From: Macrostomum hystrix
Lineage: Eukaryota; Animalia; Platyhelminthes
Direction of reading: 5' to 3'
DNA length: 64,000 nucleotides
NCBI GenBank assembly: GCA_950097015.1
Contig: CATNEN010000005.1
Coordinates: 1,798,001 to 1,862,000, forward strand
The position numbers were made by a program, and so were the translations under genes. Positions 23,842 to 36,400 of this stretch are shown here, one piece after another; positions within the stretch are counted from its first letter, which is position 1; each line of letters starts with the position of its first letter. The notes under the pieces were generated by a model. That model made no database searches, had not been told where the DNA came from, and was given only the letters and a program-made list of their open reading frames with translations.

Positions 23842-24933
23842 CATTGGCATTTCTCCTGAAATATAAATGTCGAATCTATGAATGATTGATAGTCTGACAG
23901 ACAGCATGTTCTTGAACCCTTATCAATGGAAATGCAAAGATAGTTTTCGTAAAACAATAGCGAAATACAATAACTTCCTGTGTAGTCATGCGCGCAGACG
24001 CATGGCTAGCATTGACGTGGCATTTTTCCTCAGCCCTTAGCAACAAAACACATGTTAGCACAATGTCAACAAGACGCCTGTCTAGGACTAGAAATCGATG
24101 GCCAACAATTTATTCAAGAACAGAAAGACTTACCATCAATATATAATAGGATTACTTTATAAGTGCGGACTCGTCAAGGCTTCAATAAGATTTTAATTCT
24201 GATAAGAGTTCCTCTTGTATGCAACCATGGACTTCTATAGCTAGCATCCAGCTGTAGAAGTCCATGTATATTTTTATAAGCTAAAATGTGTCCAACCGTA
24301 AAGCATAATGAATGATGTTTTATGGACAATATGACGGATTGTGCCATTGACACTGGCCCAGTCAAGTTCATTTGTTTTAATAGGTTGCTTACTGTTGCTT
24401 ACTGTACAAATAAATTAATTAAGAACATAGAATAAATAGTGTTTGAATGCTGTGAAATCCGTCATTGCTCAGTGCAGAGTCCATCTTGAACTTTTTCTCT
24501 CTTCCCGACGAGACTCAATAAAATTTATTAACAATCAGTGACTTTGCGGTTACATTCTTTTGCTTAACAATAATTATATCGAAAGAGTGTTTGAACTGTC
24601 CTTTAAAGTACATTCGTTATTCGGGGTTCCTGAATGTCACAAAAGGAATCGTTACAGTTTCATTTGAACTAACAGTTGCCAACAGACAGCTGTTTAAATA
24701 AAACATGAATAATTTACTTTAGTGGGCAGCAGTCACAAAACAACGCGCTTTGCTTAACTGCCCCGACATGAGAGATGAACTGTTATCAGCTGAGCTCAAT
24801 GCGTTAATTTTCATTTCTCTTCTTGCACTGTCTTCATGTACTACAGCCAGTCCTCGAGTATTTTCCCTGAGCCGGCTTCATTCACGAAGATGATTAATTC
24901 CCATGTGGAGTTCGGCATTGCTACTGTGAGCCG

Positions 24934-26499
24934 TCAAGGTTTGTCCAAATCGGCTGCTTCGTTGGACTCTCCGGTTGAACGCTGACGAACTCGATGCACA
25001 CTGATTCCTGGCTTGCCCCGCTCCGTTCCGGCGATGGGCGTCAGCTCGCCGTTGACGTCCCCGCCGCAACCGGCGCCCTCCTCGGCGCCAACCAACGCCT
25101 GTTCGTTGTCATCAGCGTCACCGCCGCTTAGGTAGATCTTCAGGAAGCAGCAGAGCAGAAGAAAGTGCACTCCAGCGTCAAGGCTAAAGATCATTCCAGG
25201 AAACAAGTCGACGGTGGCGGCGTAGATCGGCGTGAACACCGCCGGACCAATCAGATTGGCTAGTGCTTCAGCGCAGGACAGCAGCGAGAATGTCTGGCCT
25301 ATCTCGGCTTCGTCGACCAGTTTGGAAGTCATCGACTTGGTGGCGGACACAATGAACCCCGCGAAGCAGCCAAGCACGGCGCTAGCGAACAGCAGCCAGG
25401 TGGTCTGGGCGAGGCTGGTGATGACGAGGCGAATAATCTTCATGAGCAGGCCGATCATGATCAGGGCGGAGTCTCGAGGCTTCATAGAGCGCGTCAACAG
25501 CGGCAGGATGAGCACAAGGTTGAGTCCCATGCAGGCATAGTACACGGACAGGTAGTAGCCGTAGTACTGGCCGGGCCAGTTGAATGGAGCGTGCTCGACC
25601 AGCAGCAGAATGACATCCTGCTCTCCCTGCTTGCAGATCTGGTTGACGCAGAGAGAAGCGAACAGAAACACCAGCATCAGCTGCTGCGGTCGACTGCGCA
25701 GCAGGAAGCCGATGGAGTCGCGCACAGAGAGGCTCCTGGTGCTGGTGTTCACACACGGACAGGCCAGCTGAAGGCAGGGAGCGACGTCGGCGGTGTCTAC
25801 AGACTCTCGGACGAGCAGCACAATGGTCAGCTCAAGAGCTAGATTGACCACAAGAATGATAATCAGTACAGCATGGATGCTGCCGTAGGTCTGGATCACT
25901 CCCGTGAGCAGTGAGCCCAGGAAGATGCCGAAGAAGTTCATTGCCAGAAGGCGACCGAGAAGCTCCGTGCGCTCCTCGCGGCTGCTCGTGTCGGCGACGT
26001 AGCTGCTGCAGGCCATGGTCATGACGGTGGACTTGCCGAAGAATCCGTACACGGTGGCGCCCGCCAGCACCCAAGCGAGGGTGGCGGCGCCGCTGACTGC
26101 GCTGCCGATCGCGAAGCAGCCGACAGCGAGAACCGCACCCAGTGGCGGCAGCATCATCGGGTACTTGCGGCCAACGCGATCGCTCCACGAGCCCGCGAAC
26201 AGGCAGAAGAGCACGGCGGGCAGGTTCAGCAGAATCCGGTACGCCAGCAGGTAGTTGGACGCCTTTCGCTGCAACTCGTTCTCTTCCTGGGCTGTCATGC
26301 GTCGCAAGCCGATCGAGTGCCAATCGTCCGGTTGTTGAGATTCGCACACTGCGAGAGGCATGCCTTCGCCAAGGCACACCTGCTGGTAGATGTAGATCCG
26401 GACTGACGGCTGCAGAAGGCTCTCGGACGCCTTGTAGAGAAAGAACACGAGCATCACCAGGTAGGAGGAGATGCGTCGCTTGGCAGCGTCTGTCAGCAT
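24934..26499 (-). CDS. SLC46-family MFS transporter (PCFT/HCP1-like), single coding exon, 521 aa
   Basis: About 12 hydrophobic helices; GSWSDRVGRK (MFS motif A), SYVAD, SMTSKLV...GQTFSLLSCAEAL and IYAATV are typical of SLC46. Confidence 0.88.
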   Translation of the reverse strand: MLTDAAKRRISSYLVMLVFFLYKASESLLQPSVRIYIYQQVCLGEGMPLAVCESQQPDDWHSIGLRRMTAQEENELQRKASNYLLAYRILLNLPAVLFCLFAGSWSDRVGRKYPMMLPPLGAVLAVGCFAIGSAVSGAATLAWVLAGATVYGFFGKSTVMTMACSSYVADTSSREERTELLGRLLAMNFFGIFLGSLLTGVIQTYGSIHAVLIIILVVNLALELTIVLLVRESVDTADVAPCLQLACPCVNTSTRSLSVRDSIGFLLRSRPQQLMLVFLFASLCVNQICKQGEQDVILLLVEHAPFNWPGQYYGYYLSVYYACMGLNLVLILPLLTRSMKPRDSALIMIGLLMKIIRLVITSLAQTTWLLFASAVLGCFAGFIVSATKSMTSKLVDEAEIGQTFSLLSCAEALANLIGPAVFTPIYAATVDLFPGMIFSLDAGVHFLLLCCFLKIYLSGGDADDNEQALVGAEEGAGCGGDVNGELTPIAGTERGKPGISVHRVRQRSTGESNEAADLDKP

Positions 26500-27300
26500 C
26501 TCGCGGCCTTTTTATCGCGAGCGCACCGCCCTGAAAGCGTCTTCTCTGACGTCCTCTCGGATTCCGGAACGAGCCCTTTTGGTGGGGGCTCGCAGAACCT
26601 CGGACGGAAGAAGCGAGCCGAAATGCTGCTTGTCACACTTTAATTTGAGTAGCTTCTCGCACTGGCTCACCACGGGAACTTGAGAGATGCGGGCCATGGA
26701 AGAGTTGGAGAAGGAGATTTTAAGGCAAGACACGACAGCTGGCGATTCGTCAGCCAATCAGCTCTCTTCAGCTGCAAGGATGCGGAGCGGAGCTGAAATA
26801 CTTTTTTAGCCCCCAAACATCTCAACTGGGTTTGTCGCCACTCCAAAACTCCAATAATAATATATTCTTCTTGTTTTCCTCCCCTTTTTCATCTCCCCAT
26901 CGCCCAATCTTTTCTATTCCCATCGTCTGTCTTGCTCCACGCGACATGCGGAACCCACACCATACTCAGCCTTTCTTTGCTCTTCCTGAGTGCTGCACGA
27001 TTGCTCAAACCCAACTCTCAGACTCACTGCTTCCAGTAGCTACTTTTCTTTCACTCCTGCATTGTACAACTCTTGGCTCTCAGTTTGAGAAGGCTGCCTC
27101 TCTGCTCAATATCTGTCCGATTATGCTTATTTTAATAACATGGATTCGATTCATGGTCAGTTAGTCGTATCGATTTAGGAGGCGTGAAAGTCATTTAAAT
27201 GAAGTCTCACTAATTCACACAATTCACTACAACAGTCAAACATCAAACACGATTTCTTTAATCCTTCTCAATAAGCAATCATTCAGTATTGCTTCATGTA

Positions 27301-28111
27301 CCTGAACCTTCAGTGTGTCACAATCTCTTCTGCTGATCCCTGAACCCTCAGTGTGTCACAATCTCTCCTGCTGATCCCTGAACCCTCAGTGTGTCACAAT
27401 CTCTCCTGCTGATCCCCGAACCCTCAGTGTGTCACAATCTCTCCTGCTGATCCCTGAACCCTCAGTGTGTCACAATCTCTCCTGCTGATCCCTGAACCTT
27501 CAGTGTGTCACAATCTCTCCTGCTGATCCCTGAACCTTCAGTGTGTCACAATCTCTCCTGCTGATCCCTGAACCTTCAGTGTGTCACAATCTCTCCTGCT
27601 GATCCCTGAACCCTCAGTGTGTCACAATCTCTCCTGCTGATCCCCGAACCCTCAGTGTGTCACAATCTCTCCTGCTGATCCCTGAACCCTCAGTGTGTCA
27701 CAATCTCTCCTGCTGATCCCTGAACCTTCAGTGTGTCACAATCTCTCCTGCTGATCCCCGAACCCTCAGTGTGTCACAATCTCTCCTGCTGATCCCCGAA
27801 CCCTCAGTGTGTCACAATCTCTCCTGCTGATCCCTGAACCTTCAGTGTGTCACAATCTCTCCTGCTGATCCCTGAACCTTCAGTGTGTCACAATCTCTCC
27901 TGCTGATCCCTGAACCTTCAGTGTGTCACAATCTCTCCTGCTGATCCCTGAACCTTCAGTGTGTCACAATCTCTCCTGCTGATCCCTGAACCTTCAGTGT
28001 GTCACAATCTCTCCTGCTGATCCCCGAACCCTCAGTGTGTCACAATCTCTCCTGCTGATCCCCGAACCCTCAGTGTGTCACAATCTCTCCTGCTGATCCC
28101 TGAACCTTCAG
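27301..28111. repeat. Minisatellite, 38-bp unit, ~21 copies
   Basis: Unit CTGAACC(T/C)TCAGTGTGTCACAATCTCTCCTGCTGATCC. Confidence 0.97.
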
Positions 28112-28819
28112 TAGTCCACATGGCCCCTTAGCCTTAAACTTAAAAGCACACAGCCATGTAAACTGATCGTTCGTATTTGACTTAAACAAATGTTTGTTTT
28201 ACTAAATAATTTTTATACCAGGCCTGTATTTGAGTGCATAACTCGCACCACATATGAATTGGCGGATATATTCAATTTGTTCTTCCAGTTTAAATTTGAT
28301 CTACTTTAACTATTATACAAGCATATAAATTAGTAAGTCGGCAATTATGTACAGACTTGATATTATAGTACCTTTTTGTGCCAGCTATGGATTAGCATAA
28401 ATTGTAATTATTTGAATCCAAGATCTACTTTTCTGGACGAAAAATTAGCATTGGATGGCGATTGAGAAATGAGAAAATGCATTCTCTGCTATATAGGAAT
28501 TAATGGCTGTGGAAAATGGGAGTGAGAAGTCGCTACTTTAGCCATATTAAGGTCTCAAGGGTGCCTGAAGCTGAGAAGGGGCAATACATGGCTGTTCTTC
28601 ACAGATATATTTCATACCAATCTTCAAAACTGCCAATTCCTGTGGGATTTTTTACTGTGTAATATATATACAGATTTCCAGCTCAAGAGATTGATTATAT
28701 TTTCAGTTTTTAAATAAAAAGTTGTGATTGGCGACACAAGTAGGAGGCCCGAGGCCGGACACGCGTGTCTTACGCGCTTTTAACACTTGCAGCGTTGTAC
28801 ACTCATAGAAAAGAGTTTT

Positions 28820-29020
28820 CAGCCTAGTGGTTAGAGCGTTGGACTCACGACTTGAAGGTCGGGGGTTCGATTCCCGACTCCACTGGAACAATTTGTGTCC
28901 ATTGGCAAGACACTTAACTCTGCATTGCTTCAGTTCACCCAGCTGTTAAATGGGTACCAGCATCTGCTGGGTAATTGAGGGTGGGTGTGGCGTCCCCCCA
29001 GTCCATGGACTGAAGACCTC
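28820..29020 (+). mobile_element. tRNA-derived SINE1 with CORE-like domain
   Basis: tRNA-like head with B-box GTTCGATTCC (28865-28874), a CORE-like block at 28894-28954, and the palindrome CAGTCCATGGACTG (28999-29012). Confidence 0.85.
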
Positions 29021-29284
29021 CATTGCACGAGCTGAACTGCACGAAAATTCATGCTAAAATATTACTTATTAGTAGCCAGGCTGGACAAGTTGCCATTAAA
29101 TAAATTGCAAGTTAAAAAAACGATTTGGTACAACCTCGTTGCATTTTTAATAGTTGCATTTCTCCTTTATAATTTTTTCTGCATCTAGTAGTTCAATAGT
29201 TTCTTGGGAGGCCACTGTTATGCGTGAAAATGTAATCTAACATTTCCTGGAAATTTCTATCGAAAGTAAACAAAAGTAAAATTT

Positions 29285-29498
29285 GGTCAGATGTGCAGCG
29301 CGGCGCATCTGAAGGCTGCGTACGGCTGTTCAGTCCATGGACTGGGGGGACGATGCTGATACCCATTTAACAGCTGGGTGAACTGAAGCAATGCGGTGGT
29401 AAATGTCTTGCCAATGGACACAAATTGTTCCAGTGGAGTCGGGAATCGAACCCCCGACCTTCAAGTTGTGAGTCCAACGCCCTTACCACTAGGCTGCA
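29285..29498 (-). mobile_element. tRNA-derived SINE1 with CORE-like domain, inverted relative to the 28820 copy
   Basis: Reverse complement is nearly identical to 28820-28960 over the head and CORE-like block; same palindrome; tail matches the 5770 copy. Confidence 0.85.
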
Positions 29499-30316
29499 TA
29501 TACTGATAAATGTAGATAAATGAGCAGATAAAAAATGAGCTCTACGTTGCCTGCTCTGCTCTTCAGCTGAGCACACCCACACCCACACACACACACATGT
29601 TCGGTTTGCGTAGCTTGTTCAAACATAAGCAACACAAATAATGTAATTTGCTCACGGGTCGATAAATGAGTTATGTGCGCTATATATATATGAGCTGATG
29701 TCTCAGATGTTGCAATGCAGATTTTGCCTTGCCAGCCAACTAGCTCGTATAGGGTACTGCAGAGATTTCATTTATGCACATCTGATGTACCGTAGATATA
29801 TTATTGATGTACTTTTATCTATCGATGATAAACACGTGACAAACTGAGTAATATAAAACAGAAACTGCATTTTTTATTGTGTAATTATATTTCTACCAGT
29901 CTGCCAAACACTAGGCTGTAACTTGATCTGCAGCAGTCAAATAGTGTGCGAATCCAACCCTGAGCGTAGAGAGTCAATGAGAAACCTGCAGCTCATGTGC
30001 TCCAATCAGAGGCTAGATTTTGAAGCTCCTGCATCTATCCCCCAGCATTTTCCGTCACCCGCCTCAGCAAACTGCCAGCTGCAATGCTGAAATCTCTCAG
30101 ATTTCAGTTGGCGCGAGATTAGAAATAAAACTAGACTGACACTCGAATTACTGCAGAATATTCAAATTTCTTTCACATATGGTGAGCTCTGTTTGTTTGA
30201 CGTCTTCATATCCGAAGTTTTTAGATCTCGTATAGTCTAGTCTCTACTTTAACCTCACAGTCGAATAATAATTGTACTATAAGCGGGAACTGAAGGCTTT
30301 GGACACTGGTAAATAA

Positions 30317-30396
30317 ATTGGTGACACTGGACCCGAGGCAGCGATGAGGCAATTCTGCCCATTCCGCTGACTCCTGAGCACACACCACGCAGATAC
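30317..30396 (-). mobile_element. SINE2 3' fragment (empty site for the MITE)
   Basis: Minus strand TGTGTGCTCAGGAGTCAGCGGAATGGGCAGAATTGCCTC...GTCCAGTG-TCACCAAT carries a single copy of the 8-bp target at 30325-30332. Confidence 0.75.
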
Positions 30397-30451
30397 TGTA
30401 CGCAGGAACACGCTCACGCAGGTGATAAATCAAACTTCGGCCTATCCATAG

Positions 30452-33400
30452 ATGCAAAGGTCAGTGGTTCGAGTCGGCGGTCTTGACGGCGCCGGAGGCA
30501 GGCGAGGCCGTTCTCAAGCGGTGTTTGAAGCTCCGCCAAGCACCGGCAATCGGCTGGTGTCGGCGCTGCGTCGAGTGTCTCTGGCGCCCAGCGGCATCCT
30601 GAACCAAATTGACGAACTGAGAAAAAAGTCCAGGACACTGTTTCACCTCAGGCACAACATGGCCGACATCGAGGAGCTGCTGGCTTGTCGGGGTGGCACT
30701 CGCCAGCGACCAGTCAGCATCTATCAGCTTGCCAGGGTTACACGGTTCTCGGCTCAGGAGCTCAGGTCACTTTACCGCGGATTCAAGGCTGAATGCCCAG
30801 ATGGTGAGTGACCAGGTGTGATCTAGGGTGAGCAGGTGTGATCTAGAGTGAGCAGGTGTGATCTAGAGTGAGCAGGTGTGATCTAGGGTGAGCAGGTGTG
30901 ATCTAGAGCTTGAGCAGGTGTGATCTAGAGCTTGAGCAGGTGTGATCTAGAGTGAGCAGGTGTGATCTAGAGTGAGCAGGTGTGATCTAGAGTGAGCAGG
31001 TGTGATCTAGAGCTTGAGCAGGTGTGATCTAGGGTGAGCAGGTGTGATCTAGGGTGAGCAGGTGTGATCTAGAGTGAGCAGGTGTGATCTAGAGTGAGCA
31101 GGTGTGATCTAGGGTGAGCAGGTGTGATCTAGAGCTTGAGCAGGTGTGATCTAGAGCTTGAGCAGGTGTGATCTAGAGTGACCAGGTGTGATCTAGAGTG
31201 AGCAGGTGTGATCTAGAGTGACCAGGTGTGATCTAGTGTGAGCAGGTGTGATCTAGAGTGACCAGGTGTGATCTAGAGTGAGCAGGTGTAATCTAGAGTG
31301 ACCAGGTGTGATCTAGGGTGAGCAGGTGTGATCTAGAGTGAGCAGGTGTGATCTAGAGTGAGCAGGTGTGATCTAGAGTGAGCAGGTGTAATCTAGAGTG
31401 ACCAGGTGTAATCTAGAGTGACCAGGTGTGATCTAGAGTGAGCAGGTGTGATCTAGAGTGAGCAGGTGTAATCTAGAGTGACCAGGTGTGATCTAGAGTG
31501 AGCAGGTGTGATCTAGAGTGAGCAGGTGTGATCTAGAGTGACCAGGTGTGATCTAGAGTGACCAGGTGTGATCTAGAGTGAGCAGGTGTGATCTAGAGTG
31601 AGCAGGTGTGATCTAGTGTGAGCAGGTGTGATCTAGTGTGAGCAGGTGTGATCTAGAGTGAGCAGGTGTGATCTAGAGTGACCAGGTGTGATCTAGAGTG
31701 AGCAGGTGTGATCTAGTGTGAGCAGGTGTGATCTAGTGTGAGCAGGTGTGATCTAGAGTGAGCAGGTGTGATCTAGTCTGAGCAGGTGTGATCTAGAGTG
31801 AGCAGGTGTGATCTAGAGTGAGCAGGTGTAATCTAGAGTGACCAGGTGTGATCTAGGGTGAGCAGGTGTGATCTAGAGTGAGCAGGTGTGATCTAGAGTG
31901 ACCAGGTGTAATCTAGAGTGACCAGGTGTGATCTAGGGTGAGCAGGTGTGATCTAGTGTGAGCAGGTGTGATCTAGGTTGAGCAGGTGTGATCTAGGGTG
32001 AGCAGGTGTGATCTAGAGTGACTGGGTCTGATCTTACACCAACTTAAGTAAAAAACCGCTGAACACTGGAGTTATTATCAATATGGACACTCCAAATGAG
32101 AGAATAATAAATTGAAATTGGCTGTTGTTGTCATGTTAATGTGGTCAATAAATTGGAGCACCGCTTTCGAGTGTGTCGCTGTTTGAAAGCATAATAAAAC
32201 ACGATTAAAATCGCATTTGAGATTTGAAATACGAGTCTGCTCAACACGGGATGCGAACCTTATCTTGCTTAGATGGTATAGATGGAAGGAATATGGACGT
32301 TTTAATCGCTAATTTTTTTGTGATTCCAAAAATGATGGATTTTTTTAAGATATACAAGCTAAAAGAGCTAAAAGTCTATTTAGATTCCGCAATCAGTGTT
32401 TTTAGTTTTTTGTTCTCTAAGGGCCAATCCTATTTCCCTTTTTTGCTTTCCTTAAGAAAGCTAGTTTCTTGGTGTACCAATTAGATTTTCGCAGACTAAA
32501 AGCAATTACCTTGAAAGCAATGTAGTGTAATTTTAATAAGCGTTAGTTAAATATTTTTCAGCCTAAAGTCTAATTAAATTAAGCAGTTTTGTACCTTTTA
32601 AAATAAAAAAGTCCTGTTTCTTTAGATAGAAAAAATTCAAAGCTTTAAACTTAAGAATGCAATTAAATATTAGTAAGAAAATAAATTCTATGTAATCCGA
32701 GTGAAATCTGAGTGAAATCCAAGTGAAATCTGAGTGAAATCCGAGTGAAATCTGAGTGAAATCCGAGTGAAATCCGAGGGAAATCTGAGTGAAATCTGAG
32801 TGAAATCCAAGTGAAATCTGAGTGAAATCTGAGTGAAATCTGAGTGAAATCCGAGGGAAATCTGAGTGAAATCTGAGTGAAATCTGAGTGAAATCCAAGT
32901 GAAATCTGAGTGAAATCCTAGTGAAATCCGAGTGAAATCTGAGTGAAATCCTAGTGAAATCCGAGTGAAATCCTAGTGAAATCCGAGTGAAATCTGAGTG
33001 ACATATGAGTGAAATCTGAGTGAAATCCGAGTGACATCCGAGTGAAATCTGAGTGAAATCCGAGTGACATCCGAGTGAAATCTGAGTGACATCTGAGTGA
33101 AATCTGAGTGAAATCCGAACGAAATCCCAATGAAATGCGAGTGAAATCCGAGTGAAATCTGAGTGAAATCTGAGTGAAATCTGAGTGACATCCGAGTGAA
33201 ATCTGAGTGACATCCGAGTGAAATCGGAGTGAAATCCTAGTTAAACACAGGTGAAATCCGAGTGAAATCCGAGTGAAATCCGAGTGAAATCCGAGTGAAA
33301 TCCTAGTGAAACCCAGGTGAAATCCGAGTGAAATCCTGGTGAATTTGGAGTGAAGGCGAAAAACTACGTCCAGCAAAATTTTCTGTCAAAGGCTGGCTGG

Positions 33401-36400
33401 GAGGCGGGAGAATAAGTGTCAGTCGAGGGCGGCTGATTAGACATCGAGCTGAAGAAAATTCAATCAACAGCCGTCGCTATGACTTGGCAGCTCTGGAGTA
33501 TTTTGGGAACACAAAATGAATGAGAATGAATAGAGGAAATATGCAAATTTATTGTAACTCGACGTCTAGAACTGGCTATTCAACTTTCTTCTCAACCGAC
33601 TAGCCGGTAAAAAAAATGACGTCTTTTACTTGCTCGACCGCGTGTGAACCAGAAATAAATGACATTAACTCAATCAAAAAGACTGCCGCACATCTACTAA
33701 AATTTATTCTTTTCTCTACGTCTCCGTAATACGAAAAATAAAGTGATTTCTTAGTAAGTATATGTCGCCTCACGGGTCTGAGCAGTGCTCAGAACTTTTT
33801 TTAGACACTGCTCAGACATTTAACTAAGCATAATGAACGATACAACATATAGCATAACAGATTTCACTTTCAAGTCTAACATATTTGTCCTTCATGTCTA
33901 ACAGATTTCACTTTCAAGTCTAACATATTTGTCCTTCATGTCTAACAGATTTCAACCTCGTGTCTAACATATTTCACCTTCGTGTCTAACATATTTCACC
34001 TTCGTGTCTAACAGGTTTCACATTCGTGTCTAAAATATTTCACGTTCATGTCTAACAGATTTAAACTTCGTGTCTAACATATTTCACATTCGTGTCTAAC
34101 ATATTTCACCTTCGTGTCTAACATACTTCACCTTCATGTCCAACAGATTTCACCTTCGTGTCTAACAGATTTCACCTTCGTGTCTAACATATTTCACCTT
34201 CGTGTCTAACATATTTGTCCTTCATGTCTAACATATTTCACATTCGTGTCTAATATATTTCACATTCGTGTCTAAAATATTTCACGTTCATGTCTAACAG
34301 ATTTAAACTTCGTGTCTAACATATTTCACATTCGTGTCTAACATATTTCACCTTCGTGTCTAACATACTTCACCTTCATGTCCAACAGATTTCACCTTCG
34401 TGTCTAACAGATTTCACCTTCGTGTCTAACATATTTCACCTTCGTGTCTAACATATTTGTCCTTCATGTCTAACATATTTCACATTCGTGTCTAATATAT
34501 TTCACATTCGTGTCTAAAATATTTCACGTTCATGTCTAACAGATTTAAACTTCGTGTCTAACATATTTCACATTCGTGTCTAACATATTTCACCTTCGTG
34601 TCTAACATACTTCACCTTCATGTCCAACAGATTTCACCTTCGTGTCTAACATATTTCACCTTCGTGTCTAACATATTTGTCCTTCATGTCTAACATATTT
34701 CACATTCGTGTCTAATATATTTCACCTTCGTGTCTAACATATTTCACCTTCGTGTCTAATATATTTCACCTTCGTGTCTAACATATTTCACCTTCGTGTC
34801 TAACATATTTGTCCTTCATGTCTAACATATTTCACCTTCGTTTCTAACAGGTTTCACATTCGTGTCTAACATATTTCACATTCGTGTCTAACATATTTCA
34901 CCTTCGTGTCTAACAGGTTTCACATTCGTGTCTAACAGAATAATATGTTTGAACATGATAGCACAACAAATAGTAGATTTCCCTATAATCTGTCAATTTA
35001 AGTTATTTTTATTTCAATACTGTACATTGAAAGTACTTTTTTTCTCTAACAGTAATCACTAAGCGTTGTTAAATTAAGACATCCGAGTGATCAAGTAAAC
35101 AGATAATTGTTTCTAGTTTTTATGTTGACACAATGAATTCTACATTATCTTTTCAATGAATCGAGATTAAAACATCCATTATGAACGTGAGCTATCTGAA
35201 GTCAGGTGGCACGATAACTAGGCTGCATGTAAAGCACAACAGATTCCCCCTAAATAGATGGGGAATCGGTAAAAAGCAAGAATACTGAACAAGAAATAAT
35301 TCAGATAATTTGACTATAATGTACTCGTAATTCAGCTTCTGGAAAAGTTATAGAAAGTATAGAATAATTAGAGAGTGACAAAAATGAGTAGAAAGGGACA
35401 GAAATGAGTAGAGAGTCTGAAAGAAATGAGTAGAGAGGGACAGAAATGAGTAGAGAGATACAGAAATGAGTAGAGAGAGACAGAAATGAGTAGAGAGTCT
35501 GAAAGAAATGAGTAGAGAGTCTGAAAGAAATGAGTAGAGAGGGACAGAAATGAGTAGAGAGGGACAGAAATGAGTAGAGAGAGACAGAAATGAGTAGAGA
35601 GATACAGAAATGAGTAGAGAGTCTGAAAGAAATGAGTAGAGAGTCTGAAAGAAATGAGTAGAGAGGGACAGAAATGAGTAGAGAGGGACAGAAATGAGTA
35701 GAGAGGGACAGAAATGAGTAGAGAGGGACAGAAATGAGTAGAGAGGGACAGAAATGAGTAGAGAGTCTGAAAGAAATGAGTAGAGAGTCAGAAAGAAATG
35801 AGTAGAGAGTCTGAAAGAAATGAGTAGAGAGTGACAGAAATGAGTAGAGAGTCTGAAAGAAATGGGTAGAGAGTCTGAAAGAAATGAGTAGAGAGTGACA
35901 GTAATGAGTAGAGAGTGACAGAAATGGGTAGAGAGACAGAAATGAGTAGAGAGGGACAGAAATGAGTAGAGAGAGACAGAAATGAGTAGAGAGGGACAGA
36001 AATGAGTAGAGGTACAGAAATGAGTAGAGAGTGACAGAAATAAGTAGAGAGAGACAGAAATGAGTAGAGAGAGACAGAAATGAGTAGAGAGTGACAGAAA
36101 TAAGTAGAGAGAGACAGAAATGAGTAGAGAGTGACAGAAATGAGTAGAGAGTGACAGAAATGAGTAGAGAGTGACAGAAATAAGTAGAGAGAGACAGAAA
36201 TGAGTAGAGAGAGACAGAAATGAGTAGAGAGTGACAGAAATAAGTAGAGAGAGACAGAAATGAGTAGAGAGAGACAGAAATGAGTAGAGAGTGACAGAAA
36301 TGAGTAGAGAGTGACAGAAATAAGTAGAGAGAGACAGAAATGAGTAGAGAGAGACAGAAATGAGTAGAGAGTGACAGAAATGAGTAGAGAGAGACAGAAA

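Noticed and set aside
28820-28890. Functional tRNA gene
   Set aside because: The acceptor and anticodon stems do not pair properly and the sequence continues into a shared SINE body. The same applies at 5770, 11977 and 29285, and to the degenerate fragment near 6340-6400.
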